Assembly: GCA_039811685.1 (NCBI GenBank)
Contig: JBDHZC010000002.1
Coordinates: 32,001 to 96,000, forward strand
Direction of reading: 5' to 3'
Origin: Armatimonadota bacterium
GTDB lineage: Bacteria; Armatimonadota; UBA5829; DSUL01
Length of the DNA: 64,000 nucleotides
Part shown: one piece after another, positions 37,835-46,189 of the stretch
Layout: each line of letters begins with the position of its first letter
Position numbering within the stretch: the first letter of the stretch is position 1
Notes under the pieces: model-generated
The model's database searches: none
Told to the model about the DNA's origin: nothing
What the model saw: the letters and a program-made list of their open reading frames with translations, nothing else
Translations under genes and position numbers: made by a program

Positions 37835-38872
37835 TTATTTAACCTTGACTGCCTCAGCGTAGTTGGGCCAGAAGGCCTGAACTTTGGCATTCTTCTGAAA
37901 CTCAGAAAAAGCCGTCTGCCTCTTCTTGATGTTGGCGTTCCCACCCTTGAGCAGAGCCGCGCCTGTCAGACAGTCATCTTTCACATCCGCAAATGAGCGG
38001 GTTACGGCTGGTTTCTTATCCAGGCAGCGGATAATCCACCACGCGCCGACAATCTGCTTTGGCCCAACCTGCTCCCCAATTTTCATGGAGAATATCAGGT
38101 CCTCCAGACCGGGAATCTGGCTGGATCGTGACCGGCCGCGAAAAGTTGGCGGCAACACACCGTCGTTGGCTTTGCTGTTGTCCTGACTGTAGGTCTTCAC
38201 CACAGTCGGCCACGGGATATTACGGCTCAGATCTGCCTGCGCCTTCTTTGCCTCCGCTTCGGTCTTGGTCACGATGACGGCAATCTGCACAGACTCGGGC
38301 GTGTAAAACGCCGCGTTTGGATTCTTTTTGTCGATGTTTTTCTCGTAAAACGCTTTGACGTCGCTGTCTGAAACCTTGATACCGTTAGTCAAAACGTTCG
38401 CTTTGGCCATGCTGAGGCGCAAGTTCTCCTTGAAATCCCCCAGATTAAGCCCTCTTCTTGCTAAGATCTCCGCCAGTTTGGGCTCACTTTTTTGCTCTAT
38501 CTCCAGCCGCTTTTCCACTTCAGCATCGGTCGGAGACAGCCCCTGCTTTTCCGCGTACTGTGTCGCCAGCCGGTCTGCAACCATCGCTCGCATCACATCC
38601 TGGCCCGCCGTCTTCTGCAGCCGGTCAAAAAGCTGGTCCTTTGTTATCGGGCTGCCGTTGACGGTGACAACCACTTCCTGCGCCTTATAGCGCTGACGCA
38701 TCCCAAATACGCCTACGGCAACGCCCACCACCAGCGCCGCCACAACCCAGAGAACGGTTTTGCCAGAGCCTGTCCGCCTTACTGGCGCAGGAGTTTCAGC
38801 CTTTCGCGCTGGCGCCCTGCGCTCCTTGATTTCGCTGGAAGCTCCGGTGCCTGGTTGTTCAGTTATGCCCAC
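37835..38872 (-). CDS. PrsA/SurA-type peptidyl-prolyl isomerase (EpsD-like position)
   Basis: TM anchor; TVNGSPIT; YSQD.SKANDGVL; parvulin-like C-terminal half. Confidence 0.8.
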   Translation of the reverse strand: MGITEQPGTGASSEIKERRAPARKAETPAPVRRTGSGKTVLWVVAALVVGVAVGVFGMRQRYKAQEVVVTVNGSPITKDQLFDRLQKTAGQDVMRAMVADRLATQYAEKQGLSPTDAEVEKRLEIEQKSEPKLAEILARRGLNLGDFKENLRLSMAKANVLTNGIKVSDSDVKAFYEKNIDKKNPNAAFYTPESVQIAVIVTKTEAEAKKAQADLSRNIPWPTVVKTYSQDNSKANDGVLPPTFRGRSRSSQIPGLEDLIFSMKIGEQVGPKQIVGAWWIIRCLDKKPAVTRSFADVKDDCLTGAALLKGGNANIKKRQTAFSEFQKNAKVQAFWPNYAEAVKVK

Positions 38873-38958
38873 TAATAGAATCCTCGCTTGAGATCCACCC
38901 GCACAGTTGATCGCCGCATTGACAGCGTCTCTTGCGTCAAAATACGCGCAAAATCGCG

Positions 38959-39720
38959 CTAATAAGCGCCATCACCCTTCAAAACCGCCTTAATAGCCCT
39001 CAGAAAGATCGACGCATCCATCCTGAGTCCCCGGTGCTGAATATAGAGCAGGTCCAACTCCACCCACTCCTCAAACGTCAGCTTGGAGCGCCCGGAAACT
39101 TCTCTAAGACACAGCAGCCCCGGCTGTACGCTCAACCTCTGCCTGTGGTGTGGCTTGTACTGCTCCACTTCAGATGGAAGCTGCGGACGCGGCCCCACAA
39201 GACTCACATCCCCAAGAAGAACATTGATAAGCTGCGGCAGCTCATCCAGAGACGAACGCCTCAGCCAGCGGCCGGTCTTGGTGACGCGGGGATCGTCCCG
39301 CATTTTGAATATCGGGCCGGACGCCTCGTTCTTCGACTGCAACTGCTCCTGAATCTGCTCCGCATTGACGACCATGCTGCGGAACTTGTAAAACGTGAAT
39401 GGACGCCCATCCCTCCCCGCGCGTACTTGACGGTAGAAAATCGGGCCGCGATCTTCCATGTAGATAGACAGCCCAATTATGACGAACACGGGCGCAAGGA
39501 GGGCAAGAAGCAGCAGGACGACGACGATGTCCAGCGCTCGCTTGACAGTCAGATAGAGGCGACTTTCACGCGCAGCAGGCTGTGCGGCACAGCGCGCGCC
39601 GAAATCAATACCCATCTGCTCAAGAGTCGCGCGCCTTTCCCGGTCCAACTGCTCCCTCACCTGTGGCGCCGAAGCAGGGTCTGTGTAATCTGTGATCGCC
39701 ACAGCAAGACTCTTCGGCAT
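38959..39720 (-). CDS. Priming sugar (phosphoglycosyl) transferase, Bac_transf
   Basis: KRALD, YKFRSM, DDPRVT, SLDELPQL.NVL.GD.SLVGPRP. Confidence 0.93.
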   Translation of the reverse strand: MPKSLAVAITDYTDPASAPQVREQLDRERRATLEQMGIDFGARCAAQPAARESRLYLTVKRALDIVVVLLLLALLAPVFVIIGLSIYMEDRGPIFYRQVRAGRDGRPFTFYKFRSMVVNAEQIQEQLQSKNEASGPIFKMRDDPRVTKTGRWLRRSSLDELPQLINVLLGDVSLVGPRPQLPSEVEQYKPHHRQRLSVQPGLLCLREVSGRSKLTFEEWVELDLLYIQHRGLRMDASIFLRAIKAVLKGDGAY

Positions 39721-40115
39721 CTATCCCTCGTCACCATTGATGTGTGACGGGGAGGCCAGCCCGATGTCCACAGACATAAGCGTCTGACAGGGGACTTCCT
39801 CTGGTTGTTCCGGTGACAGCTTTTTCACCACTCCTCTTCCAGGACAGGAACTCATCGGGGAGTTCCGAAACTATCAGTGGCACGGGCAGGGCAGAGTTGC
39901 CCCACAGGCAAATACCCATCTGAGCAAATACCAAATACTACCCGCTGTTCAGGCGGCGGCTAGAGTCCGTCAGCTTTCGCCGGCCGGACACGGCTGGTAC
40001 GCCACCCTTTTCTGCTATAGCCGACGCTGACAGACAGCCTAACCTGACAACTTCTCCCGGCTAGTGTATCGGGGATATGCGGCCGCGCGCAGCCACTCCC
40101 TGCCAAAGTAAGTAC

Positions 40116-40144
40116 AGCCTAACACGAGCGATTGCCGTTGTCAA
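40116..40144 (-). promoter_or_regulatory. sigma70 promoter of the EPS/exosortase operon
   Basis: TTGACA-17 nt-TAGGCT with extended -10 TG. Confidence 0.7.
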
Positions 40145-40337
40145 CCTGATATTGCCGCGGGGTGAGGAGAGTCGGAGAGGACGAATGGGCCGGCACACTA
40201 CACAGATGTGCGGCAAAAAAGTCTTGTAAGGTATTCGCGCCGAGGGCTAAAGCGAAGGCTAGATGTGAAAGAGGCCGGCGGCCGCCGATGAAAGAAGTCC
40301 ACCGGCGACACGCGGAGAACAGCCAGAAAAGTAGCCT

Positions 40338-40661
40338 CTAGACGAGGTTGTCCACCTTGGCGGAAATCGTCTGCTTGCTGACGGATCCGATGATCTGATC
40401 CTTGACCTCACCGCCCTTGAAGAACAGAAGTGTAGGGATGCTCTGGATGCGATACTTGATTGCCAGAGCGCGCTCGTTGTCCACATCCACCTTCAGAACC
40501 TTCAGCTTGCCGTCGTATTCTTTGGCGATCTCATCCACGATGGGGGCAACCTGACGGCACGGTCCGCACCATGTCGCCCAGAAGTCCACCAGGACAGGTT
40601 GCTGAGAGTTGATCACTTCCTGCTCAAAGCTGGATTCCGTTACTGCTGCTGCGTTGGACAT
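40338..40661 (-). CDS. trxA: Thioredoxin
   Basis: DFWATWCGPC, SIPTL. Confidence 0.97.
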   Translation of the reverse strand: MSNAAAVTESSFEQEVINSQQPVLVDFWATWCGPCRQVAPIVDEIAKEYDGKLKVLKVDVDNERALAIKYRIQSIPTLLFFKGGEVKDQIIGSVSKQTISAKVDNLV

Positions 40662-40857
40662 TAATGACTTTCCTTTCCGAATACGGATGCTGAGCCGATT
40701 ATAGTAAAACTGAAGTCATGCGGCTACGCGTAGACCGCCCCTGATATGTGCGGGGCCAGGGGGCATCCGTTTTTGTGAACGGCGTGACGCGCAAAGGAGT
40801 TCCTGAGCAGACTTCAACATCGCTGCCATCTGCCGCTGCGCTTCGTACCAGCGCGGG

Positions 40858-41706
40858 CTACCTCACGACAGCGCGCAAGTACTGCAGGCTCTTCTGGACT
40901 TGCTCAAACGGATCCGGCTGGTCACCTTCGTACTCGATGGAGATAACTCCCTCAAAGCTCTGTTTACGCAGTTCCTGGAATATCGCCGGGAAGTTGATCA
41001 CACCCGTTCCAAAGACAACGTCGTGCGCCTCAGGCACATTCCGGTTCAGGTCTTTGATGTGCATCGCCAGCACTCGCCCCCGCAACATCTTCAAAGAGTT
41101 CAGCGGATCAAAACCGCTGCGCGCCCAGTGTCCGACGTCCGGACACGCTCCAATGCGACGGTTCAGCTTGCTCAGGACTTTCATCTCAAAGGAAGGATCG
41201 AAGTAGTGAGAAGGAGCCGGATGGTTGTGGATAGCCACCTTTATATTGTACTCCTTCGTCAGACGCTCCACGATCGGCCAGGCGGCGTCCTCGGGCTCCG
41301 AGACGATAACCTTGACACCCATCTCCTTTGCGAAGTCAAAGACTTTTCTGCACTCTTCTTCGTTGCCGGGCAAGCCTACCACGCCCAAGTTGTGCATCTG
41401 CACCCCGTAGTTCTGGAGAATCTGGCGGGCCTTGCGACGAGCCCCGGCAGAGGCGTCGGGAGACCAGATGACTCCTGGCATCGAGCCGCTCAGCTTCTGG
41501 CCCGGATAGCCTTCAATGTAGCGCAGTCCCAGAGATGAGGTTTTGGCGACTGCTTCTTCAAAAGTGTGCGAGCGGAACGTGTAAGCCTGCAGTCCAATTT
41601 TGAGGTTGTCGCTCCCGGCGGGACGTGACGCGCAAAAGGCGCCAGAACCCAGTGCGCAGACCGCTACAAAGGACAAGGCAAGATTTCTGAACAAATGACT
41701 ATGCAT
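40858..41706 (-). CDS. Secreted sugar phosphate isomerase/epimerase (AP endonuclease 2 TIM barrel)
   Basis: Signal peptide; AIHNH, DVGHW, HIKD, SIEYE. Confidence 0.85.
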   Translation of the reverse strand: MHSHLFRNLALSFVAVCALGSGAFCASRPAGSDNLKIGLQAYTFRSHTFEEAVAKTSSLGLRYIEGYPGQKLSGSMPGVIWSPDASAGARRKARQILQNYGVQMHNLGVVGLPGNEEECRKVFDFAKEMGVKVIVSEPEDAAWPIVERLTKEYNIKVAIHNHPAPSHYFDPSFEMKVLSKLNRRIGACPDVGHWARSGFDPLNSLKMLRGRVLAMHIKDLNRNVPEAHDVVFGTGVINFPAIFQELRKQSFEGVISIEYEGDQPDPFEQVQKSLQYLRAVVR

Positions 41707-41793
41707 ACCGTTCTCCAGGCTCGACGCCAGGCACTGAGTTTACCACCAACTGGTTATTCGTGCGGACAAGGTTTCCTCTAAGTTCACATTCCA

Positions 41794-41821
41794 GGGAATA
41801 TCTTCAGACTGGTGTCGTCTA
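41794..41821 (+). promoter_or_regulatory. Putative ECF sigma autoregulatory promoter
   Basis: GGGAAT-N12-GTGTCGTCTA, same motif as at 43231. Confidence 0.75.
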
Positions 41822-41854
41822 ATAAGAGAAACGAGGGAGTGGAATCTGCACCTA

Positions 41855-42451
41855 ATGCCGAGCGCACTACCGACGCACATTCTTGTCGAGCAGGCGAAAC
41901 AGGGAGACAAAGCAGCGTTTGAGACTCTGTTTGAAGACACTCACGTCCGAATTTTCAATTTTCTGCTGGCTGAGGGATTGAACAAGGATGAGGCGGACGA
42001 CGTGTGCCAGGAGACGTACGTGCGCGCGTGGCGGCATCTGAAGGGGCTGCGGGTGAGTTCAAGCTTTCTGGTCTGGCTGCATCAGATCGCTAGAAACGCA
42101 TCGAAAGATTACATGAAAGGGCGCGCCCGGCGTCCGGAAGCGCCTGCTGAGGCCGTGGAGCAGGAGGCGGACCCACGTCAACCTGATCCGCTTGCTTTAG
42201 CTGAGGGACAGGCGTTAGCGGTTGCTGTGAAAAGCGGGATTGCCGCTCTGCCTGAGAACCAGAGACTGCCGATCGTGATGCGTCACCTGGAAGGGATGTC
42301 GGTTGCGCAAATTTCCGAGGGGCTGAAACTGCCTTACGGGACAGTTCTATCCCGGCTGGCGCGAGGACGCGCCGCACTGGCGAGGAGACTGGCGCCTTTC
42401 GTCAATCTCTCAGACACTGCAAAGGGGAATGCCAATGTCGTGCAAGATTAG
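41855..42451 (+). CDS. ECF RNA polymerase sigma factor
   Basis: GDKAAFETL, DVCQETY, WLHQIARN, GTVLSRLARGR. Confidence 0.93.
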   Translation: MPSALPTHILVEQAKQGDKAAFETLFEDTHVRIFNFLLAEGLNKDEADDVCQETYVRAWRHLKGLRVSSSFLVWLHQIARNASKDYMKGRARRPEAPAEAVEQEADPRQPDPLALAEGQALAVAVKSGIAALPENQRLPIVMRHLEGMSVAQISEGLKLPYGTVLSRLARGRAALARRLAPFVNLSDTAKGNANVVQD

Positions 42452-43229
42452 CCTGGAGAGAGTCGCCCAGCACCTGACGGCGGTGGAGACCGGCCACCGC
42501 TCGGGCCTGAGCGCACACATTGCATCGTGTCCGCAGTGCGCAGCGAGAGTCGCAGATATGACCGAAACTGAGCGCATCATCTCTGGAATCGGAATGACCA
42601 GTCCGCCGGAAGGCATGTGGGCGAAGATCGCTCCCCGGTTGGAACAGCGTCAGCCTGCGGGAGCGAGCGCGCCTTTTGCGTTACTGCGGGCTCGAGCCGC
42701 TCTGGCCGCAGTCGCGACAGTCCTGGTCGCCGCACTCGTCATCTTCCAGCACCATCCTCAGGCGCTCAATCAGCAAGATCCGGATTTGCAGGAGTTCTAT
42801 CAACACTATTCGGCGGTGACACCCGCACAAGCTGAGTCTGTAGTCACCAGCGCGGACCTTCACAGCTTCGCGCAAGCATCTCAAATTGCGATACGTCTGC
42901 CGCGCAACATGCCTCCCGGGTGGCGGCTGACCGGGCTGGATCTTTTCACGTGCGCCGGGGGACGGCCAGTAGCCCACCTCGTCTATACCAGTGGTGAGCG
43001 CACGCTTTCCATCTTTGAAAAACCGCTCGGAGGTGGCTCCGGCATGGGCATGGGCCGCGGACGAGGACGCGGGCACGGTAGAGGCGGCGGGCGCGGACGC
43101 GGAGTGTGCCGCTTGAACTCCACCAACGCTGCGTTCAGATCCGGCGCCACTCACAAATATGTCGTGATGGGAGATTTGCCCGCGGAAGAGCTGCAGGCTC
43201 TGGCGAATGATCTGGAAAGTCAAAATTAG
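42429..43229 (+). CDS. Zinc-binding (HxxxCxxC) transmembrane anti-sigma factor
   Basis: HIASCPQC, TM helix, extracytoplasmic domain; overlaps sigma gene. Confidence 0.85.
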   Translation: MPMSCKISLERVAQHLTAVETGHRSGLSAHIASCPQCAARVADMTETERIISGIGMTSPPEGMWAKIAPRLEQRQPAGASAPFALLRARAALAAVATVLVAALVIFQHHPQALNQQDPDLQEFYQHYSAVTPAQAESVVTSADLHSFAQASQIAIRLPRNMPPGWRLTGLDLFTCAGGRPVAHLVYTSGERTLSIFEKPLGGGSGMGMGRGRGRGHGRGGGRGRGVCRLNSTNAAFRSGATHKYVVMGDLPAEELQALANDLESQN

Positions 43230-43230
43230 C

Positions 43231-43258
43231 GGGAATGCGCCAGCGCCCGTGTCGTCTA
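43231..43258 (+). promoter_or_regulatory. Second ECF promoter copy
   Basis: GGGAAT-N12-GTGTCGTCTA upstream of 43331. Confidence 0.75.
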
Positions 43259-43330
43259 TAGGGCAGCAAAGGGCATGGACTGCAGCGGCAGTCCGACAGA
43301 CGCCAACAGCACACACTGGAGAATACAGCA

Positions 43331-44119
43331 ATGAAGTCAAGAGTGACTATCTTAGCCGCAGCTGCATTAGCAGTGGCGATGACTATCGGGATAGCCTCTG
43401 CTCAGCGCGGTCCGGCGCGGGCTCCAAGAGCCGGAGCTGGGCCGGGAGCAGGAATGGGATCGGGAGTCGCCTGCCCGTTTGGCGGGACACGCGTTACCGG
43501 ACAGATAACAGCCATCAACGCGGCCTCTGGCGTCATTGACGTCAATGCGGCAGGGCAGGCAGTGGCGATTCGCGTGAACAACAGTACTGTTGTGAAGAGT
43601 GGCCCCGATGCCGTAGCATTGAAAGACATCAAGGTTGGTCAGTCCGTAACGGCTTGCGGTGAAATGAATGGCAGCACGTTGGATGCATTGATGCTGAACG
43701 TCCTCTACCGTGGAGCTTCCGGCCCTGGCATGGGCGCGGGAATGGGAGCTGGTAGAGGTCGCGGAATGGGCCCAGGCGCTGGCAGAGGTGGGCCAGGCGC
43801 CGGAATGTGCCTTATGGGCCCGTTCGCTGGAGCGGCTGGCATGACTGCGGCTGGGCGTGGACCTGGCGCTGGTTGTCCGTTTGGCACGCAGGTTTGTGGC
43901 CAGATCACGGCGATTGACAGTCCAGGTCTGGCGCTGCGAGTGGACACCGGAAACGAAGTCGTCCTGGTGCGAACAGACGGCAACACTCTGCTCAAGAGCG
44001 GCCCGAGCGTCATCAGCTTCAACGAATTCCGGACCGGGCAGTCAGTGTGCTCAAGCGGGACGCTGGACGGTCAGACGCTGAAGGCGAATGTTGTGAACGT
44101 GAGGTTCAGGGTAAGATAG
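43331..44119 (+). CDS. Secreted protein with two DUF5666-like OB domains and Gly/Met-rich linkers
   Basis: RBS GGAG; signal peptide; duplicated CPFG..V.GQITAI......T.VKSG.....GQSV...G. Confidence 0.7.
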   Translation: MKSRVTILAAAALAVAMTIGIASAQRGPARAPRAGAGPGAGMGSGVACPFGGTRVTGQITAINAASGVIDVNAAGQAVAIRVNNSTVVKSGPDAVALKDIKVGQSVTACGEMNGSTLDALMLNVLYRGASGPGMGAGMGAGRGRGMGPGAGRGGPGAGMCLMGPFAGAAGMTAAGRGPGAGCPFGTQVCGQITAIDSPGLALRVDTGNEVVLVRTDGNTLLKSGPSVISFNEFRTGQSVCSSGTLDGQTLKANVVNVRFRVR

Positions 44120-44161
44120 AAAAGGCCATTCGCAGGTTATAATATAACGGTTATCTGCTTT

Positions 44162-44197
44162 GGGAGCAGCTCCGAGACGGGGCTGCTTCCTTTTCTT
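44162..44197 (+). terminator. Rho-independent terminator
   Basis: gggagcagctccg-aga-cggggctgcttcc followed by ttttctt. Confidence 0.65.
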
Positions 44198-44205
44198 ACC
44201 TGGAG

Positions 44206-44940
44206 ATGTCACTGGTGCATAGAGTAATTGAGAAGCGCGCCGCTCAAAACTGGCTTTGGATCACCCCCCTTGCCGTCATGGTAGTTCTTTTTGCGCGTCC
44301 CCGAACACTCAGCTCGCTGGCAGCGTCCACGGATGAGATACTGGATGTGGTCGGCACGGGGCTTATTGCTCTGGGGATATGGATCAGGATTTGCGCGAGA
44401 GGCTGGAAGGCACAGGCGCCGTCCCGAACCCTTGTGACAGAAGGGCTCTACTCGTATATCCGTCACCCGCTGTACGTCGCGAGTTTCGCAATAGGCCTTG
44501 GCATAATGCCTGCGCTGAACAGCGTTCCACTTCTGACGGCCTTTGTGGTCATATTTCTGCTTGCGCATATTCCTGTTATCCGGCGCGAAGAAATCAGCCT
44601 GCGCACGCGCTTTGGCGAAGAGCACGAACGGTATACGAGGGAGGTCCGGGCGCTCATCCCCTCACTGCACAGCCTGAAACTTCGACGCCCTATTGTCCCA
44701 CGTCCCTTACTACGCGCCGCACAACTGGAAGCGGATGCAATCCTCCTGTGGGGACTGATCTCCATTGGGCTGGATGTCCGGGAGGATTTTGCGGCACTCC
44801 TCAAAGGTTCTCACCACATCGAAGTAATGGTGTGGTGCGCGGGTGCGGCAATGCTTGTGGGCCTGTGGACGTACCTGAAGGCGACTCGCAAGAATGCCCG
44901 ATTCGTATCTATTGAGCAGAGTGCAGAGGAGCCAGGATAG
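44206..44940 (+). CDS. Isoprenylcysteine carboxyl methyltransferase/PEMT-family membrane protein
   Basis: LVTEGLYSYIRHPLY, REE..L..RFGEE..RY. Confidence 0.85.
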   Translation: MSLVHRVIEKRAAQNWLWITPLAVMVVLFARPRTLSSLAASTDEILDVVGTGLIALGIWIRICARGWKAQAPSRTLVTEGLYSYIRHPLYVASFAIGLGIMPALNSVPLLTAFVVIFLLAHIPVIRREEISLRTRFGEEHERYTREVRALIPSLHSLKLRRPIVPRPLLRAAQLEADAILLWGLISIGLDVREDFAALLKGSHHIEVMVWCAGAAMLVGLWTYLKATRKNARFVSIEQSAEEPG

Positions 44941-45853
44941 TAGCCAGCAAGTCTGAGCAGATAAACACAACTGTCAAGGCCAAAACCACCGCAAATATCA
45001 GCCGCAAGACCCTGTTGGACAGGCGGTGTGTGATCAGCGCGCCAATCTGAGCGCCGACAGACGACCCCACCAAAATCGCCATCGACAACCTGAGAGAGAC
45101 GAAACCCCTGAGCGCCTGCTCGATGGCGCCGAGTGATACCGTGGCCAGAACCAGCAGGTTGCCCGTTCCGGCGGCATTTCGGGCCGACAGTCCGAAGCCA
45201 TAGAGCAGAACCGGCATCAGCAGCATGCCTCCCCCAGTGCCCATCACGCCTTCCGCCGCTCCCAACACCAGACCTATTGCGGCTAACAACGGAACTGACA
45301 CCCGGTAAAGCTGAACCTCTGGCAAATCAACGAAAGGTGGAATGCGCACTTTGGTGACCAGAAATCCCGGGATCGTCTTGTCCCCACGAGAGACAGGATT
45401 TCGAAACGCCAGTCGAGCCTCGACGAGCATGCCCACAGACGCGCATCCCAGCACAAGAATGAACAGGCAGTCCAGAACGAAGATAGCCAGAGGAAGCGGA
45501 TGTCCCGCAATCAGCACATCCGGACGTCCAGACAAATAGGCCAGAAAGCGACTGCCCACATCTACACCCATCAGACTGCCGCCCATCATAAGCAGATCAA
45601 TTCTCGGATCTCCGCGTTTCAGGTGACGGTACTTGGCGAAGGAAACGACCGAGCTACCACATTTTTGTGACAAACCGGAACCGACCGCGATCGCAGCGGG
45701 GATTTTGAAGACGTGAAGAAGAAGGGGTGTTAGAAGGGAGCCACCTCCCACCCCGAACATGCCTGCAACGATGCCAACGAGCAATCCAAGTCCCGCAAGC
45801 GCGGGAAGTGAAACCGCATGCCCCAGCCCTATTCCGAGGTGGAAGTCCAGCAT
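44909..45853 (-). CDS. TauE/SafE (TSUP) family transporter
   Basis: GMFGVGGGSLLTP; second repeat GVMGTGGGMLLMP. Confidence 0.88.
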   Translation of the reverse strand: MLDFHLGIGLGHAVSLPALAGLGLLVGIVAGMFGVGGGSLLTPLLLHVFKIPAAIAVGSGLSQKCGSSVVSFAKYRHLKRGDPRIDLLMMGGSLMGVDVGSRFLAYLSGRPDVLIAGHPLPLAIFVLDCLFILVLGCASVGMLVEARLAFRNPVSRGDKTIPGFLVTKVRIPPFVDLPEVQLYRVSVPLLAAIGLVLGAAEGVMGTGGGMLLMPVLLYGFGLSARNAAGTGNLLVLATVSLGAIEQALRGFVSLRLSMAILVGSSVGAQIGALITHRLSNRVLRLIFAVVLALTVVFICSDLLATILAPLHSAQ

Positions 45854-45858
45854 AAACG

Positions 45859-46017
45859 CTACGTACGGCCTTCCTTTGAGATACCGGTGTCCCCGTTCTC
45901 ATCAGAGCGGCTTTGCATCCCGTCAAAGTGGTTCAACAACCACACCATCAACAATCCCCAGCACACAGGGATGAGAACACACGCAACCGCGTATATCCAC
46001 TTGCCGAGATCGTTCAT
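45859..46017 (-). CDS. Small single-TM protein (52 aa), not in ORF track
   Basis: AGGAGG RBS; MNDLGKWIYAVACVLIPVCWGLLMVWLLNH...; stops 5 nt before the TauE start. Confidence 0.65.
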   Translation of the reverse strand: MNDLGKWIYAVACVLIPVCWGLLMVWLLNHFDGMQSRSDENGDTGISKEGRT

Positions 46018-46189
46018 GCATCGTCCTCCTCGTACGGTTGTCTGCCAGGGCCCTGCGCTGTGACCTCTTTTACTTTACCTGATAGGCTCGAAATAACGCG
46101 AGCACACTGACTTTCTGGGCCTTTTGGATAGGCGAAAGAGTTAGTGGGTACAATTGCCGTGTAGCTGCATTAGAGGAAACAGATGCACG

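Noticed and set aside
39731..39934. 67-aa ORF in the EPS leader as a leader peptide
   Set aside because: No clear RBS, non-ATG start and no recognisable features; not excluded, but an RNA structure explanation fits better
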